Shown here in pieces: positions 13,353-27,460 of a stretch of 64,000 nucleotides of DNA (its first letter is position 1; each line of letters starts with the position of its first letter). The DNA lies in the NCBI RefSeq assembly GCF_030028105.1, contig NC_092373.1:55949450-56013449 (forward strand), in the 5' to 3' direction. The notes beneath the pieces were generated by a model. That model was given only the letters and a program-made list of their open reading frames with translations. It was not told the origin of the DNA and did not search any database. The stretch comes from Mobula birostris (lineage: Eukaryota). A program made the translations under genes and the position numbers.

Positions 13353-14916
13353 AAGTGCCTTGAAAAAGTATTCAGTCCCCACAACTATTTTCACATTTTA
13401 CTGTCTCAGTTTCTAAATTTAGAATATATTGGAAGTAGGATTTTTGAGCTGATCTATAAACCATTGTGCGTCAGGTCAAATCAAAAGAAACATTCCAAAA
13501 CTTGTCAACAGTGTATTAAAAATTAAAAATCAAAATTGTGAGGCTGAAAAAGTATTCATCCCCTTTGTAATTACTACGCTACCTTTCCTCTGGTGCAATA
13601 TTGTATGTTATCTTACCAACTTGTCCAAGTTGAGTAGAAAATTGGGGGATCACCTGAATAAATACCCCCTCTCTCTGTAAGGTCCAACAGGATGGTAGAT
13701 TTTCAACAAACCAAACCAAAATTAAGGCAAGAAAAGCATTCAAGACAAGGTCAGGGAAATGATAAGAGAATCTGGGGACCATTTCAAGGGCACTGGATAT
13801 ACTTCGGAGCTCAATGCAGTCCATTGTGGGAAAAAATGAAACCACAGGCACACTGCCAAGGTCAGGCTATCCTTCTAAACTTGGTCATCAGTGAAGAATG
13901 GCACTTGGAAGAGTGTCTACTGTGATGCCGACAGTCACTCTGATTGAGCTTTAGAAGTCAGTGGCTGCAACTGGAGATGAAGTTCATGGCTCCAAAATCT
14001 TTAAGGCTTTGCACAAAGGGTATTTACGAAGGTGTGGCATGGAAGAAGCCCTGGCTTTAAAAAAAAAAGAAAGCATATTCTTGCCTGTAAAGACTTTGCA
14101 TAGTGCCACTTAAAATGTACTGTAAAGATGTGGGATACAAGGTCTTCTTGTCAGATGAGACTAAAGTGGAACTTTCTGGCCTCAAAACTGATCAGTATGT
14201 GTGGTGTAAATCTAATACTGCGTGTCAGCCAGGTAACATCATCCCTACTGTAAGTCATGCTATGGAGATGCCTTTCAGCAGCAGTGACTGGAAATCTGGT
14301 CATGATTGATGGGAAGATGAATGCTTTTAAATGCATTGAGATCCTGGATAAAAATATGCTACTCTCTGCCAGAAAGTTTAAACTGGGGAGGAAGTTGGTC
14401 TTTCAGCAGGACATTGACCCAAAGCACACTGCCAGAGTAACCATAGAGTGGCTTGAAATGAAGAAAATTAATGTCTTGAGTGGTCCGGTCAGAATCCTGA
14501 CCTTGACCTGATCGAACATCTCCGGCAAGATCTCAAGTCCACTGCCACTCCCCAACTAACTTGGCACAGCTTGAGCAGTTTTGCAAAGAGAAATGGGCAA
14601 ATCTTGCTCCATCACATTGTGCAAAGCTAATAGGGACTTATCCAAAAAGACTTCTGGTTGTAATAGGTGTGTGAAGTGGTTCAACTAAGTACTCAGCAAA
14701 AGGAGATGAAAACTTCTGAACTGCTGACATTTCAGTTTTTGAATTCGTTTTTTATGCTTTACAATTTTACCTGTTTTGGTTGAACTCTACTGTTGGGGGG
14801 GCGGAAGGAATGTGTGATTCACAAATAAACTCTCAGTTAAATTGTTCAAAATCCCTGTTGTAATACTCATTTATGTGAGGAAAGGGTTGGGAGCTGAATA
14901 TTTTCACAAGGTACTG
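13353..14916 (+). mobile_element. Older Tc1 transposon, degenerate
   Basis: TIR (c/a)agtgccttgaaaaagtattcag with a matching right end; TA flanks; SDETK and QQDIDPKH motifs. Confidence 0.9.
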
Positions 14917-16094
14917 TAATTTCAAACTCCATTAAGATTAGAATAGATTTTGAGGCAAGTAGTTGTGATCATTTGTACTGATTGATCACCAGGTGGATAG
15001 CAGTAGATTTCACTGAATTAACTGAAAATTATGCAATGCTTTATATCAGTATCAATAAACTCGAGTTAATCATTACAGATACTTAAGATTTTTGGCTCAA
15101 GTACTGTGATGTCAAATCATACAGTTGGTTTTAAATTTGGAAGATAAAAAGCTGAGAAAGGTTCCAGTCTTTCTCATGTGTACTTAGGATCTTTGTATTT
15201 TTGAAATGAGATTAGCAAAGATCTTGTCATAATTTTACACTGGGAGCTTTAATTTATCTTTATTGTAAAGTATTTACAAAGACAAGCTAACTCATTTCCC
15301 ATTGGTAACAAACTAAGTATCATTTGGACAGATTGTGGGCATGCTTTTGAGTTTGAGAGTTTATAGAGGATTTGAAATGCGCTGGTCTGGAAATGCTCCT
15401 TCAGGTAAACCACACAGCCTGTTGTTCCTATTATGGTATTAAGGTTGTAATCTGACAAAATGGATTGCAAACATCAAGTATGAAAATCACCTGTCATCAC
15501 TCAACAGTTCAATCAGTTCCTATATAAATGAAGGTGTGGTGTTTGTAAAGGTCAGGTGCTGTACTTGAGTGATAATTATTCTCTTCAATTTGTGCATATC
15601 ATGTAGTTCCAAATTCCAAGAGCAGTGTTGTTTGAGGATTATGTGGAATGCCTTCTAATGAACCAAGGTTATTTAATTTCCTTGTTGGAATTGTTACTGA
15701 TTTATTTATTTACTGATTTGCTTAACTCATTGTTGTCTACAGTGCTCAACACGTCTCTGTATGCTGTTACTTTACAAACTAGCTTTAGGCTTGATTAAAA
15801 TCTGCAGTTTGTTCTCTTTTGATTTGTAGGTTCATCTTCTGACTCCTGCTCAACTAACCTCATTTGATTCTGTTCACTAAAGTGTATTTGATAATTCTGT
15901 AAAATGTCTTTTTTTGAAAGTGTGTTGTGTCTTAAGATGGTGAAATATAGATGTGAGAGTGTTTTGACAGTTATTTAATGTTTGCTTTCCTTATAGTGCA
16001 GTGACCCATTTTCTTGCACAAAGGAGAAGAGGAGCAGTGGCTTTGCAGTGAATGCTGACTGTGTAGTACTTTTTCAGAAATAAGGTGTGATTAA

Positions 16095-16265
<171 letters not shown>

Positions 16266-16399
16266 TAACCAAATTTGTCCAAAATGCATAACTATGACAT
16301 TAGAAGTAATAGAACTATAATTAAATGTGAAATTAATTAGTTAGAATTATACATAAGGCATCGAGGTTAGTAAAAGGTCAGCAGTTTTCATAAAGATTT

Positions 16400-19300
16400 T
16401 TTGTTGAAAAAATAGGTCTGTATATCTACAACTCAGGTTAACATAGTTTTGTACTTGAAGGTACCTAAAAAAAAAGTCATTGTGTTCTAGGCCATGTTTG
16501 TCCTGCAGGATTTGGAAACTTTGTAATACTCTTTTATCTATAAATGAGAGGTAGGTTGTAAGACTTTATCCATAGCTCAAATCTTTTATCTCCTCTGTTG
16601 GGAAGGAATTCGGTGTCATATGCACACCATCTGAAGAGTTTTAACATGTTATTAATTCCACACGAATTAACCACCTTCTGCCATACTTTCAATGTAAGAT
16701 TTATCCAACTGTTTTTAAATTTTTCCAATTGGACCATCAATCCTTTGTCAGCTATTGAGGCCTGTAGAGGAAAACTGTCAACTAATCCAAATTCTATTTC
16801 CTTCCATCTAGCCTTATATTCCCCATTACACCAATATAACAGAGGGGTTATCTGTGAGGCATAAAAATAATTTCTCAAGCAAGGAAGAACCATACCTCCT
16901 CCTTCCTTCCCTAACTGTAAGGTGTTATATCGAATTCTAGGTTTCTTTCCTTGCCAAATGAAGCGGGAAATCCATTTGTCCCATTCCCTGAATTGATTAT
17001 CATCCACCTCCACAGGTAAAGTACGGAAAAGATACAGTAACCGAGGAAGAATATTCATTTTTATAGTATTTATCCTTGAATTTAAACTTAAAAAGGGGAT
17101 AAGATTCCATCTATGCATATCTGCTTTTATCTCTGAGATTAATGGCCCATAATTTACCTGTGACAGCGTTGAAAGATCCTTCGGTAGGGTTATTCCTAAA
17201 TATTTTAATGATTTAGCTTCCAACTTAAGATCGTATGTATCCTGCAATTTTTTGGATGGTGTATAATTTAGGGACATAACCTGCATTTTCTTTACATTTA
17301 TTTTATAACCTGATATTCTCCCAAAGTCATCCAACAGTGTAAACAAACCTATAAATGATTTTTCTGGTTCACTCAGAGAGATCAAAACATCATCTGGAAT
17401 AACGCCACTTTCTGTTCAATCCCTACCACCTTGATACCTTTTACGATTTCGCTCTGTCTTATTAGTTGGGCAAGCGGTTCAATATATAGCGCAAAAAGGA
17501 GAGGAGAAATTGGGCATCCCTGTCTAGTGCCTCTCTCTAAGATGGAGTCAGAGAGGTCCCCATTTACCTTAATTCGGGCTGTAGGGCTGTCATATAGAGT
17601 CTGAATTACTTTAATAAACTTTTCTTGAAAGCTGAATTTTCCTAACACTCTTTATAGGAATGCCCAACTAACCGAATCAAAAGCTTTCTCAGCGTCCAAT
17701 CCTACTACCATTGTCTCTGTCTCGTTCTTATTAACCTGTTCTAATATGTGTAGAGTTCTCCTTATGTTGTCCTGTCTTTGTCTTTGTTGAATAAATCCAG
17801 TCTGGTCTAAATGGACTTCAGCGATTTGTACCACTCTGAGGTAAACCCATCAGAACCCGGGGACTTTCCAGCCTTTAACCTAGAGATGGCCACGTTCAGT
17901 TCTTTGACAGTTACTGGTTCTAATAAACTTTCATTTTGTAAATCTGTAAGTTTAGGTAGATCTAAAAAATTCAATATACTGTCTATATAGGGCTCATTGG
18001 GGGCCCGGGGTTGGGAGTACAGCTCTCGATAATACGTTTCAAAACTCTCTTGAATTTTCCCTACTGTACTGTCCACAAGCTTTGTCTTTGGATTCTTTAT
18101 TTTATGAATTGTATTGTCTGCTTGTTGTTTTCATAATTTATATGCTAATAATCTAGCTGATTTACCTCCTACTTCATAATTCTTTTGTCTCAGGTAAAGA
18201 AAATTTCTTTGAGTTTCCAATGTATAAATATCGTCAATTTCACTTTGCAACTTCCTAATTTCCTGTTTTAGATTTGAATTACTTTTGTTGCTATCTACAA
18301 CTTGAAGTTGTTTTAATTTTCCTTGAAGGTCTGCTAATTTTTGTGCATTGATTTTTTTCATGTGAGTGGTAATGGAAATAATTTTCCCTCTCAGTACAGC
18401 TTTCAGTGTATCCCATAAGATCACTGGTGATGTTTCTCCCGTGTCATTAAGGTCTAGGTATTCTTTGATTTCTCCCCTTAATCTCTCCATTACTTTTGGG
18501 TTATTGAGTATATGTGAGTTTAGCCTCCATAGTGTTTTCCTCATTTTCCTTTCCAGGATTAGAGACATAGAAACTGGGCTATGATCCGACAGATCAATTG
18601 TTGCAATATTACAGTTTTTTATCCTGAGTCTATCTGTATTAAAGATAAAGAAATAGTCTATCCTTGAATAGGCTGAATGAGGGAAAGAGTAATGTGTATA
18701 ATCTTTACTAATGGGGTGTAATTCCCTCCACACATCTATAATTTCCAACTCCTCCTCCAATAAATTCATTTTTCGAGTCAGAGGTTTATTCTGAGTAACT
18801 ATTCTTGAAGAATCTAATACAGGATTTAATCTGATATTAAAATCCCCTCCACAAATTACTACCCCTTGAGAACTGACCATTAGGTCAAAAAGATGTCTAT
18901 AAAATGACCATTCACATCCTGGAGGAGCATAAACATTCAGCAATGTTATTTCTGTACCTTCTATTCTTCCTGTAATTTTTACAAACTGTCCTTCTTTGTC
19001 TTTAGTCTCTGAAATATGTTCATAATTAAGAGTACTTGATATTAAAGTAGCTACCCCTCTTTTGTGACTCAATTTATATGATGAATAAAATACATGCTTA
19101 AAGCCCATTCTTTTTAATTTTCCATGTTCAGATTGGCTCATATGTGTTTCCTGGAGGAAAGCTATTTGTGCCCTCTCTTTTTTCAATTTAGACATAATCT
19201 TATTTCTTTTAATTGGATTCAAAACCCCATTAACATTATAGGAAATTATTTTTACCAATTCAGTTTGCATTTTTCTCTAGTAGAAAAAAAACACTCTCCT

Positions 19301-20742
19301 TTTCTAACCAAACAGTAAGCAATCCCTTCTCAACAGTAAACCAAGACATATAACCACACCCTAGACATTTTTGAACGTATAACATTTGAAAATTTTTCCC
19401 GACTTCCCACAGTGAGGCCTGAGCACCGACCCGCCTCAGTTCAGAGGGATAACCTCTATCTTCACCCTGTGTTAGAGGGCCCTCAGCAGTTTGAATAATC
19501 ATAGAGAATTTTCTCCTATTTATGTCTCGACCATATTGCTATCATTCAAGTTATTCCGTCTAGTTTATTTTCAGTTACCAGTTTTCATTTTACCTTTAAG
19601 TCCTATTTACTCTTTTCAGTCATTTCTCTTAATTAATCTGTATTCTCTGTACATTCGCGTCTGAATATTTTCAGCTTTTCCTTGTAGCTTGACACTCTGG
19701 TTCATGTGGAGTGTCCTCACCCCACTAACTGCCACAACTTCTGCCGAATCCTCTCTAGTAGTGACTCCGGTTGGGTGATAACTTTGATAGGTAGTCCCCG
19801 GTCCGCCAGGTCCAACGTTGCCTCCTCCACCATAGCGTAAGTTTTTGTCCCTTTATCGTAAAAGACTCTCAGCTGAGCTGGATACAGGGTCTGGAATCTG
19901 ATGTTGTTTTCCTTCAGGACCCTCCGTGTTTCTGTATATTCCTTCCGTCTGGCAAGAATCCCCGGTGCGTAGTCGTGGTCTAAACTGATTTTACAGTTGT
20001 TCCACATGAAACCTTTCTTTTGCCATGCCCGTTTGAGCACCTCTTCCTTCGTTCTGTAACTGAGAAATCTGACCAGAATCGATCTGGGCTGGGCGCCTGC
20101 CGGAGGCTGTGGTGCCAACGCGCGGTGAGCCCTTTCTATCTGTAGGTCTTTTGCGGCCGGTATATCAAGGTTCTGTCTAAGCAGCTTCTTCACGAAGGGA
20201 ATCATCAATCCGGGTTTACCTTCAGTTCCTTCGGGAACTCCGTAAATCCTCACATTTTCCCTTCTTGAGCGGCCTTCTTCATCTATTAGTTTCCACTGGA
20301 GCTGGTCTTGCGGCTTCAGCATTTCTGCTATCACTTCCTCGGCGTTTTGTAGCTTCTCTTCAATTCCAACAATCCTCGCTTCGGCTTCATCTATCCGCGA
20401 GTTAGTTTTTACTATTTCTCCTTTAATATCTTCCAGCTGTTTGCTGTTATCTTGTCGGAACTCGCGAATCTCTCCGAGAATCAAAGACAGAGTCACCGAT
20501 TCCCCCTCATTATCTCCGTCCTGGCTTGCCGTGGGGGAGCTAGGCCCGTTGCCTTGCCGCATCTCTTTGTGTTTATCAGCCTTTGGAGCGGACTTTTTAA
20601 TCTTGTTCTTAGACATCATACTTGCCCCTTTTATTAATATAGTTATGCAATATTAAGTATTTGTCTAAATTCGACTTTGGGGCAGTTTACCTTTTTTGTC
20701 GAGAGACCTTTTCCTTACGCCGCCATTCCCTTGATGACCCCC
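16400..20742 (-). mobile_element. L1-clade LINE with 5'UTR, ORF1 and disrupted ORF2; 3' end missing
   Basis: ORF1 19717..20619 (RSRRENVRIYGVPEG, IERAHR); APE endonuclease 18131..19270 (LQETH, GDFN, SRIDY, SDH); RT pieces 16534..18076 ([16 protein letters not shown]). Confidence 0.93.
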
Positions 20743-22430
20743 TTTCAATTTTATTTATATCTTCTGTGTAGGTAGGTCACTAAATCCGCACTCCTGTACT
20801 AAATACTTTGATTTATGAAGGTCATTGTGCCATAAGCTTTCTTTACAGCCCTATCTACCTGTAATGCTATTTTCAAGGAATTATGGACCTATATTTCCAG
20901 ATCGCTTTGTTCTACCACACTTCTCAGTGCCTTGCTACTCACCATGTAAGTCGTACCTTGGTCTGTCCTCCCAAAGTGCAACAGCTCACACTTGTCTGCG
21001 TTAAATTCCACATGCCTTTTTTCCGGCTAATCCAGGTCCTTCTGCAAGCTTTGATAGTCGGTTTCTCTGTCTGCTAATCCTCCAATCTTGGTGTCATTCA
21101 TAAATCTGCTTATCCAGTTTACCACATTATCATCTAGATTGCTGATGTAGATGACAAACAACAAAGGACCCAGCACCGATCCCTGCCGCACACCACAAGT
21201 AAAAGTCAGAGGCAACCATCTACTATCACTCTCTGGCTTTTCCTGTGAAGTCAATGTCTAATCCAATTTACTACCTCATCTTGAATGCCAAGTGACTGAA
21301 ACTTCGTGACCAACTTCCCATGTGAGATCTTGTCAAATGCATTGCCAAAGTCCACGTAGACAACATCCACTATCTTGCCGCCTTCAACTTTCCTGGTATC
21401 TTCCTTGGAAAAACTCTACAAGATTGATTAGACACGACCTACCACACAAAGCCATGCTGACTATTCCAAATCAATCCCTGTCTATCCAAATCCTCATATA
21501 TCCAGTCTTAGAATACCTTCCAATAACATTCGCATTACTGATGTCAGGCTCACTGGCTTACGATTTCCTGGCTTGTTCCTACAGCCTTTTTTTTAAATAA
21601 AAGAACAACATTACCGACCCTGGAGTTCTCTGACTTTTTACCCGTGGTGAAGGATAATTTAAATGCCTCGACAAAAGCCCCTGCAACTCGCCTGCCGCAG
21701 GGGTACGAGGGAACACCATGTTAGGCCCTGAGGATTTATCCATCCTAATTTTCCTCAAGACATCAAACACCCCTTCCTCTGTCATCTGTATACAGTCCAT
21801 GGCCCCTTTGCTGTTTTGCCTCGCTTCTATAAACTGTCCATCTCCCAAGTAAATACCCTTACAAAAAGAATCCATTTAAGATCTTCACCTGTCACATTGG
21901 GCTCCAAGCATAGGTGACCACACTAATCTTCTTGAGGACCTATTTTGTCCCTTGCTAAGCTGTTTCTTAATATATCTGTAGAAGCCCTTGCGATTTTCTT
22001 TCACCTTGTCTGCTAAAGCAACTCAAAATTTCCTTGTGTTCTCTTGCATTTCTTATACTTGTGTACCTCATTTGCTCTTTCCTGACTATTCCTGTATGCC
22101 CTCCTTTTTCTTAAACTAAGGCCTCAATAACAAAGGTTCTTTGAACCTGTTATCCTACTCTTTTATTCTGAACAGGAACATACAAACTCTATATTCTCAA
22201 AATTCCACGTTTGAAGGCCTCCCTCTTACTAAGTACAGCCTTGCTAGAAAACAACCTGCCCCGATCTACACTTGCGAGCTCCTTTCTGATGCCATCAAAA
22301 TTGGCCTTTCTCCAGTTTAGAATCTCAACCCAAGAACCAGTCCTATCCTTCTCCATAATTTTGAAATTAATCGTATTATGATTACTAGATGCAAAGTGTT
22401 CCCCTACACAAACATCTCTCATCTGCGTTG
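20743..22430 (-). mobile_element. Degenerate CR1 LINE fragments
   Basis: GVRQGSVLGPLLFVIYI and NWRKANFDGIRKELA peptides on the minus strand. Confidence 0.8.
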
Positions 22431-24041
22431 TTGGATGTTCTAGTTTGGGGAAATAAGGGTGCAACAAAACCAAGACTGCTGCATCTGAGTACCACAGTTT
22501 ATCATGAAACACAGAACCCCTCCCTGCACCCTTTGGCTTCTCTAAATCAGCAGTTCAGTCCATCCTGTGTATCGAGAAGCCCTCTGGTCTGATCACCAAA
22601 TCCAGCATGTTCAGAGTGAGCCTGGTCTCCGTGAAACACAGAATGCAGCAATTCCTCAATTCCCTTTGATACAGCTATTTTGTCTTCAGTCTTGTTCTCT
22701 AGCGACTACATTTGCTAACAAGATGCTGGAAAGAGAAACTTTCATTGCTGGGCATTTCAGCCTGGCCTGGAGTCTTCCCCTCCTTGCTCTCTTCTGGCTA
22801 TGGTGATGTACCTTCAGGTGCTTAAAGGTGCTGTTCTTGTGAAATGTGGGAAGCTAGGAAGACCTCTGTATCTCTGATTTCACCTGCAAGAAGTGCATCC
22901 AGCTGCAGCTTCTAACACTCCACATTAAGGACTTGGAACTGGATGAACTCCAGATCATTCAGGAGGCTGAGAGGGTGGTAGACAAGGACATATAGAGAGA
23001 TAGTTACACCCAAGATTCAGGACACAGGAAAATGGCTGATGGTCAAGAGGGTGAAAAAGGTTTAGCAGCTAGTGCAGAGTATTCCTGTCACCATCCCCTT
23101 CAACAACTGGTGTACCACTTTGAACATAGAATAGTACAGCACAGTACAAGCCCTTTGGCCCACAATGTTGCGCCAACCCTCAAACCCTGCCTCCCATATA
23201 AGGATACTGTTCGGGGGATAAACTAGCAGAGGAAAATCAGTGGTCTTCCTCTGTGACTCAGAAGGAAAGAGGGGAAGAAGAGGTAAGTTGTGGTGATAGG
23301 GGATTTGTTAGTTGGAGAACTTACGTCTTCTCCCCCTCTAACTTGTGGCTAAGGAGTTGGTGTCAGAAGGAGGGCATCAGATTTTTGGATCATTGGGCTA
23401 TCTTCCAGGGAAGGTGAGACTTGCACAGAAGACACTGCACCTAAACTAGAGGGGGAACTAATATCTTAGTGGGGTGGTTTGAAAGTACAGGGTTTGGGGG
23501 AGTGTGTTAAACTAGAGCTGCAGGGGGATTGGAACCATACTGCCAGAACAGATAGTGAAGTGGTTGTGGAGACATTCAGTAATCAAAAGGTTGAGCATGG
23601 TTGGTCTAATAATCTGCGTTGAGTGTATTGCAATGCAAGATGTGTAGAGCCAAAAGAGAGAAGGGGGAGATCTTAAATGGATTTTTGCATCTGTATTTAC
23701 TAGGGAGTTGGATACTGTCTATTAAAGTGAGGCAAATCGACAGTGAGGTCAAGGATTGTATACAGATTACAGAGAAGGTGGTGTTTACTGCCGTGAGGCA
23801 AATTAGGATGGGTTAATCTCCAGGGTCTGACAGTGTTTCCTTGGACCTTGTGGGAGGCAAGCACAGAAATCAAGAGTGCCCCAGCACAGATATTTAAATC
23901 ATCCCTAGCAAGAGGTGTGGTACCAGAGGACTGGAGGATAACTAATGTTGTTCTGCTGTTTAAGAAAGGCTCTAAGAATAAGAAATTATAGACTGGTGAG
24001 CATGATATCAGTAGTGGGGAAAATAATTAGGTGGTATCCTC

Positions 24042-24463
24042 GGAGATAACTGCAGATGCTGGAAATCCAAGCAGCATGCACACGATACTGGAGGAACTCT
24101 GCAGGCAAACGGCATCCATGGATTTGGGCCAAGACCCTTCATCAGGACTAGGCGAAAATGAGTTGAGTAAGAAAGTGGCAGGAGGAGAGGAGAGGAAAAA
24201 AAACGAGGTGATTAGGTGAAATGCGGGGGAGGAGTGAAGTAAAGAGCTGGGGGGGTTGAAGGAAATAAATGGCTGAAGAAGGGGGACTCTGATAGAGGAC
24301 AGAAGGCTATGGAAGAAAGAAAGGGGGAGGAGCACCAGGCGGAGATGAGGTGGGGGGGAGGGGGCATTACGTAAGTTTGAGAAATTAATGTTCATGTAAT
24401 CAGGTTGGAGGCTTTCCAGATGGAAAATGAGGTGTTGCTCTCCAACCTGAGTGTAGCCTCATT
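24042..24463 (-). mobile_element. Penelope terminal fragment (resumes at 27461-27495)
   Basis: Homologous to 35455-36030; decayed hammerhead at 24121-24150. Confidence 0.75.
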
Positions 24464-27460
24464 AAACATAGAAAATAGGTGCAGGGGTAGGCCATTCGGC
24501 CCTTCGAGTCTGCACCACCATTCATTATGATCATGGCTGATCATCCAACTCAGAATCCCGCCCCAGCCTTCCCTCCATACCTCCTGACCCCCGTAGCCAC
24601 AAGGCCCATATCTAACTCCCTCTTAAATAGCCAATGAACTGGCCTCAACTGTTTCCTGTGGCAGAGAATTCCACAGATTCGCCACTCTCTGTGTGAAGAA
24701 GTTTTTCCTAATCTCGGTCCTAAAAGGCTTCCCCTCTATCCTCAAACTGTGGTCCCTCGTTCTGGACTTCCCCAACATCGGGAACAATCTTCCTGCATCT
24801 AGCCTGTCCAATCCCTTTAGGATCTTATACGTTTCAATCAGATCCCCCCTCAATCTTGTAAATTCCAAGGAGTACAAGCCCAGTTCATCCAGTCTTTCTT
24901 CATATGAAAGTCCTGCCATCCCAGGTATCAATCTGGTGAACCTTCTTTGTACTCCCTCTATGGCAAGGATGTCTTTCCTCAGATTAGGGGACCAAAACTG
25001 CACACAATACTCCAGGTGTGGTCTCACCAAGGCCTTGTACAACTGCAGTAGTACCTCCCTGCTCCTGTACTCGAATCCTCTTGCTATAAATGCCAGCATA
25101 CCATTCGCCTTTTTCACCGCCTGCTGTACCTGCATGCCCACTTTCAATGACTGGTGTATAATGATACCCAGGTCTCGTTGCACCTCCCCTTTTCCTAATC
25201 GGCCACCATTCAGATAATAATCTGTTTTCCTATTTTTGCCACCAAAGTGGATAACTTCACATTTATCCACATTAAATTGCATCTGCCATGAACTTGCCCA
25301 CTCACCCAACCTACCCAAGTCACCCTGCATCCTCTTAGCATCCTCCTCACAGCTAACACTGCCACCCAGCTTCGTGTCATCCGCAAACTTGGAGATGCTG
25401 CATTTAATTCCCTCATCCAAGTCATTAATATATATTGTGAACAACTGGGGTCCCAGCACTGAGCCTTGCGGTACCCCACTAGTCACTGCCTGCCATTCTG
25501 AAAAGGTCCCGTTTATTCCCACTCTTTGCTTCCTGTCTGCTAACCAATTCTCCACCCACACCAATACCTTACCCCCAATACCGTGTGCTTTAAGTTTGCA
25601 CACTAATCTCCTGTGTGGGACCTTGTCAAAAGCCTTTTGAAAATCCAAATATACCACATCCACTGGTTCTCCCCTATCCACTCTATTAGTTACATCCTCA
25701 AAAAATTCTATGAGATTCGTCAGACATGATTTTCCTTTCACAAATCCATGCTGACTTTGTCCGATCATTTCACCGCTTTCCAAATGTGCTGTTATCACAT
25801 CCTTGATAACTGACTCCAGCAGTTTCCCCACCACCGACGTTAGGCTGACCGGTCTATAATTCCCTGGTTTCTCTCTCCCTCCTTTTTTAAAAAGTGGAGT
25901 TACATTAGCCACCCTCCAATCCTCAGGAACTAGTCCAGAATCTAACGAGTTTTGAAAAATTATCACTAATGCATCCACTATTTCTTGGGCTACTTCCTTA
26001 AGCACTCTAGGATGCAGACCATCTGGCCCTGGGGATTTATCTGCCTTCAATCCCTTCAATTTACCTAACACCACTTCGCTACTAACATGTATTTCGCTCA
26101 GTTCCTCCATCTCACTGGACCCTCTGTCCCCTACTATTTCTGGAAGATTATTTATGTCCTCCTTAGTGAAGACAGAACCAAAGTAATTATTCAATTGGTC
26201 TGCCATGTCCTTGCTCCCCATAATCAATTCACCCGTTTCTGTCTGCAGGGGACCTACATTTGTCTTTACCAGTCTTTTCCTTTTTACATATCTATAAAAG
26301 TTTTTACAGTCTGTTTTTATGTTCTGCCAGTTTTCTCTCAATCTTTTTTCCCCTTCCTAATTAAGCCCTTTGTCCTCCTCTGCTGAACTCTGAATTTCTC
26401 CCAGTCCTCAGGTGAGCCACTTTCTCTGGCTAATTTGTATGCTTCTTCCTTGGAATTGATACTATCCCTAATTTCTCTTGTCAGCCACAGGTGCACTACC
26501 TTCCTTGATTTATTCTTTTGCCAAACTGGGATGAACAATTGTTGTAGTTCATCCATGCAACCTTTAAATGCTTGCCATTGCATATCCACCGTCAATCCTT
26601 TAAGTGTCATTTGCCAGTCTATCTTAGCTAATTCACGTCTCATACCTTCAAAGTTACCCCTCTTTAAGTTCAGAACCTTTGTTTCTGAATTAACTATGTC
26701 ACTCTCCATCTTAATGAAGAATTCCACCATATTATGGTCACTGTTACCCAAGGGGCCTCTCACGACAACATTGCTAATTAAACCTTCCTCGTTGCTCAAA
26801 ACCCAGTCCAGAATAGCCTGCTCTCTAGTTGGTTCCTCAACATGTTGGTTCAAAACACCATCCCGCATACATTCCAAGAAATCCTCTTCCTCAGCCCCTT
26901 TACCAATTTGGTTCACCCAATCTACATGTAGATTGAAGTCACCCATTATAACTGCTGTTCCTTTATTGCACACATTTCTAATTTCCTGTTTAATACCATC
27001 TCCGACCTCACTACTACTGTTAGGTGGCCTGTACACAACTCCCACCAGCGTCTTCTGCCCCTTAGTGTTACGCAGCTCTACCCATATCGATTCCACATCT
27101 TCCCGGCTTATGTCTTTCCTTTCTATTGCGTTAATATCTTCTTTAACCAGCAACGCCACCCCACCTCCCCTTCCTTCATGTCTATCCCTCCTGGATATTG
27201 AATATCCCTGAACGTTGAGCTCCCATCCCTAGTCACCCTGGAGCCATGTCTCTGTGATCCCAACTACATCATAATCATTAATAACAATCTGCACTTTCAA
27301 TTCATCCACCTTATTACGAATGCTCCTTGCATTGACACACAAAGCCTTCAGGCGCTCTTTTACAACTCTCTTAGCCCTTATACAATTATGCTGAAAAGTG
27401 GCCCATTTTAATGCTTGCCCTGGATTTGTCGGCCTGCCACTTTTACTTTTCTCCTTAGTA
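24464..27460 (-). mobile_element. Young CR1 LINE with an almost complete ORF2 (APE and RT)
   Basis: NARSIRNK and ITETWL (27229..27552), GDFN and SDH (26338..27159), 572-aa RT ORF 24623..26341. One stop near 27229 and one frameshift near 26340; intact 3' tail. Confidence 0.95.

Noticed and set aside
19633-19719. Selenocysteine or read-through at in-frame TGA codons of L1 ORF1
   Set aside because: More simply explained by CGA-to-TGA decay in a dead copy; no SECIS recognised.
26435-27211. 258-aa plus-strand ORF and similar ORFs (24693, 25236, 6300, 40729)
   Set aside because: These are antisense shadows of CR1 ORF2.
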